DNA of 64,000 bases from Chiloscyllium plagiosum (taxonomy: Eukaryota): the NCBI RefSeq assembly GCF_004010195.1, contig NC_057716.1, forward strand, positions 52,689,713 to 52,753,712. Reading direction: 5' to 3'. The translations under genes and the position numbers were made by a program. The stretch's first letter is position 1. Each line of letters opens with the position of its first letter. Under the pieces are notes generated by a model. It saw nothing but the letters and a program-made list of their open reading frames with translations, did no database searches and was not told where the DNA came from. Below are positions 60,866 to 64,000 of this stretch, one piece after another.

Positions 60866-62480
60866 ACAGTCATAGAGCCATAGAGCTGTACAGCATGAAA
60901 GCAGACCCTTCGGTCCAACATATTCGTGCCGATCAGATATCCTGAATTAATCTAGTCCAATTTAGCCCATTTCCCTATAAACGCATCCTATTCATGTACC
61001 CATCCAGATGCCTTTTAAATGTTGCAACTGTATCAGCCTCCACCGCTTTGTCAGCTCATTGCATACATGCACCACCCTCTGTGTGAAAAAGGTGCCCTTC
61101 AGGTCCCTTTTAAATCTTTCCCCTCTCACCCTAAACCTATGCCCTCTAGTTTTAGACTGCACTAGTCAAGGAAAACGCCTTGTCTACTTGCTCTATCCAT
61201 GCCCCTCATGATTTTATAAACTTCTATACGGTTACCCCCTCAGCCTCTGACACTCCAGGGAAAATAGCTCCAGCCTACTTGGCCTCTCCCTATAACTCAA
61301 ACCCTCAAACCCTGGCAATATCCTTGTAAATCTTTTCTGAACCTTTCAAATTTGACAACACCTTACTTTTTGCAGGGAGACCAAAATTGAATGCGGTATT
61401 CCAAACATGGCCTAACCAATGTCTTGTACAGCTCAACATGACCTCCCAACTGGTATACTCAATGCATTGACCAATGAAGGTAAGCATAGCAAATATCTTT
61501 TTAACAACCTGTCTACCTGCGTCTTCATTTTCAACAAACTATGAACCTGCACTCCAAGGTCCCTCTGCTCTGCAGCACTCCCCAGGTCCTTACCAGTGGT
61601 TTATAAGTTCTGCCCTCGGTTTGCCTTACCAAAATGTGACACCTTACATTTATCTAGATTAAACTACATCTGCCACTCCTCAGTCTATCAGCGTATCGGC
61701 CCCATCTGATCGAGATCCTATTCTACTCTGGGGTAACCTTTTTTTCTGTCCACTATACCGACAATGTTTGGTGTCATCTGCAAACTTACTCCCATATCTC
61801 CTATATTCACATTCAAATTATTTATATAAGTGATAAAAGCAATGGACCCAGCACCGATCCTTGCGGCACAGTACTGGTCACAGGCCTCCAGTCCAAGAAG
61901 CAACGTTCCACAACCACTCTCTGTCTCCTATCTTTGATCCATTTTTGTATCCAAGTAGCTAGTTCTCCCTGTATTCCATATGATCTAACCTTGCTAACCA
62001 ATCTACCATGCAGAATCTTGTTGAATGCCTTACTGAAGTCCATACAGACAACTTACACTGCTTTGTCTTCATCAATCCTCTTTGCCACTTCTTCAAAAAA
62101 CTCAATCAAGTTAATGAGACATGATCTCCCATGTACAAAGCCATGTTGACTATCCCTAATCAGCCCTTGCCTTTCCAAATACATGTAAATCCTATCCCTC
62201 AGAATCCCCTCCAACAATCTGCCCACCACTGATGTCAGGCTCACTGGTCTATAGTTTCCTGGCATTTCCTTACCACCTTTCTTAAATAATGGCACCATTT
62301 TAGCCAACTTCCACTCTTTCAGCACCTCACCTGTGGCTATCGATGATGCGAATATCTCAGCAAGGGGCCGAGCAATCACTTCCTAGCTTCCCACAAAGTT
62401 CTATTGTACATCTGATCCAGTTCCAAGGATTTATCTACCTTTTAGTGTTTTAAGTCAACCAGCACTTCCTCTTCTGTAAT
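60866..62480 (-). mobile_element. 5'-truncated CR1 (about 1.6 kb)
   Basis: ORFs 62053-62379 (PGNYRPVSLTSVVG) and 61822-62043 (DFSKAFNK...VPQGSVLGP); ctctatgact tail. Confidence 0.93.
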
Positions 62481-62539
62481 CTTACAAATTGGAGACAATA
62501 AATGCACAGTAGATATAAATTCTTATCCTGAGAGAGTTT

Positions 62540-62995
62540 GTACTTTTACAGGTAATGGCATGTTTTCTCAATGTAGTGAACTCAGACTGAGTTTTCCTTA
62601 GAAAAATGCAGATTCCCTTGAATATAGAAAATCTAACTGATGTGTTTAAGAAGTGTAATAGATTTGATGGTATGGATAGAGAGAAACTATTCTCTCTTGA
62701 GGGAGAATCTTGATCTAGGGGACAGAATCTTATAATTAATCCAGCCTGCTCAAGGGTAATGTCAGAAAGTACTCACACAGTAGTATAAGCCTAGAATTCA
62801 TCCCTTAAAAAGTGTTGTGGCTATGTCAACCAGAAGTTTCAAATTCGTGAGTGACAGATTTTCCTTAGGCAAGATTTTTAAAGGTTCTGGAACTCAGACA
62901 GATAGATGGGCTTCCAATACTGATCAGCCATGATCTAAATGAATGGGCAGAACTGGGTTGAGAGGGCTGAATGACCATATTTCTGTATTTATGTC
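62540..62995 (+). mobile_element. Old CR1 3' fragment
   Basis: gatagagagaaactatt...gatcagccatgatctaaatgaatgg...gggctgaatg. Confidence 0.75.
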
Positions 62996-63516
62996 CCAGT
63001 GATCATGCCTAGAAGGGGACTAAGTGAGAATCTCCACCAGTCTTAATGTACTAATGCCAAACCTATCACATTCTGGAAGAGCATAATATCACTTCCAAGC
63101 ATAAGAAAAGTTTCCAAGTGGCAGGAATATTTAAACACTTACAGCAACTTAAAAATATGACAAGTATTCATCAGAAGATTGCTTGTTCCAAACCACAAAT
63201 AGTTGGTTGTGTACTAAACAGCACACAAACTGTTGGAGAACCCAAGTTCCACTCTACTAATGTTGATATAGCACTGCTCCTACAAGAGGTCAAATAAAGG
63301 AGCAAAACGCATTTAGGTACCGACAAAGGAGGACTCTCAAGAGGAACAGAAAGAGATAATCAGGACAGTATCAATTTCAGTATTTGTTGCATAGCTTTCA
63401 ATGAGATTATTGGACAAAAGTAGCTACACACTTTTCAAATAGACACTGTACCAAATATGTGCCAATACATAACAAAGTTCCTCAGATTTAAACATTCCAA
63501 CAATGGCTATGTGTTT

Positions 63517-63600
63517 AATTATAAATGTCATGATGCAAACACATCTTAGTGAAGTCTTCAATTATAAATGTCATGATGCAAAGACTTCACTAGGAAGTGT
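63517..63600. repeat. Direct duplication enclosing an inverted copy (DUP-INV-DUP)
   Basis: aattataaatgtcatgatgcaaa at 63517 and 63560; 63539-63558 is the reverse complement (18/20) of 63581-63600. Confidence 0.85.
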
Positions 63601-64000
63601 TCCATGGCTCAGATCCTCATGTACAATCACCTTACTAAAACCATAATCTGAAATGTTATTGAATGCAGCATTCTGATATTAACACACCATTAAAGCCTAT
63701 ATTCAATACAATTAGATTTCAAAGGCATCACATGGCTTCTAAAGCAATGGTGATCATTTTACCTTCCTTTTTCATAAACGTACTCTGCCCCTTAATCCTC
63801 TATTGGATTACTGGAGCTCCTAAGAGGGTGGGAAATGTCTGGGTTGGGCAGGGTGAATGGAGAATAGGATCAGAGGAGCCCATGCAATGTTATGCACAAT
63901 AACCCAAGTAGAAGAACTAGGAATAGATGACAGGAGAACAGTGCTCAGGAGATTTCATCTTTTGCATGGAGAGCCTGGAGATTCAGATAGAGTCATAGAG

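Noticed and set aside
1-64000. Prokaryotic-style genes, operons or CRISPR arrays suggested by the ORF track
   Set aside because: The sequence is vertebrate repeat-rich DNA. ORFs are short, frameshifted TE fragments or antisense/chance frames, and there is no regularly spaced repeat-spacer array.

Overview
This is eukaryotic (vertebrate) non-coding DNA, almost certainly from a shark. HE1-type V-SINEs with (TAATC)n tails, SacSINE1-like DeuSINEs and abundant CR1 LINEs point to an elasmobranch, plausibly a bamboo/carpet shark (inference). No complete host gene is visible. Nearly all listed ORFs are decayed retroelement fragments or chance. The window looks like a large intron or intergenic region, and more than half of it is nested transposon debris: many CR1 copies, a second CR1/L2-group LINE that shares its tail with the DeuSINE, L2, RTE, L1, two solo LTRs, a Tc1/pogo-type MITE, a short tRNA-derived SINE, and Penelope-like elements (PLEs). 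The most interesting signal is a set of more than 10 hammerhead-ribozyme motifs (CUGANGA-stem II-GAAA-NUH) from four PLE families. They include ~90-140 bp stand-alone insertions with target-site duplications (TSDs), whose 5' ends repeatedly fall at the 5' edge of the ribozyme and carry filler or locally templated sequence. There is one 102-N assembly gap that probably hides a polymorphic SINE insertion, and a few low-confidence minus-strand exon/microexon candidates. Repeat boundaries are by eye (about +/-20 bp unless a TSD is given).
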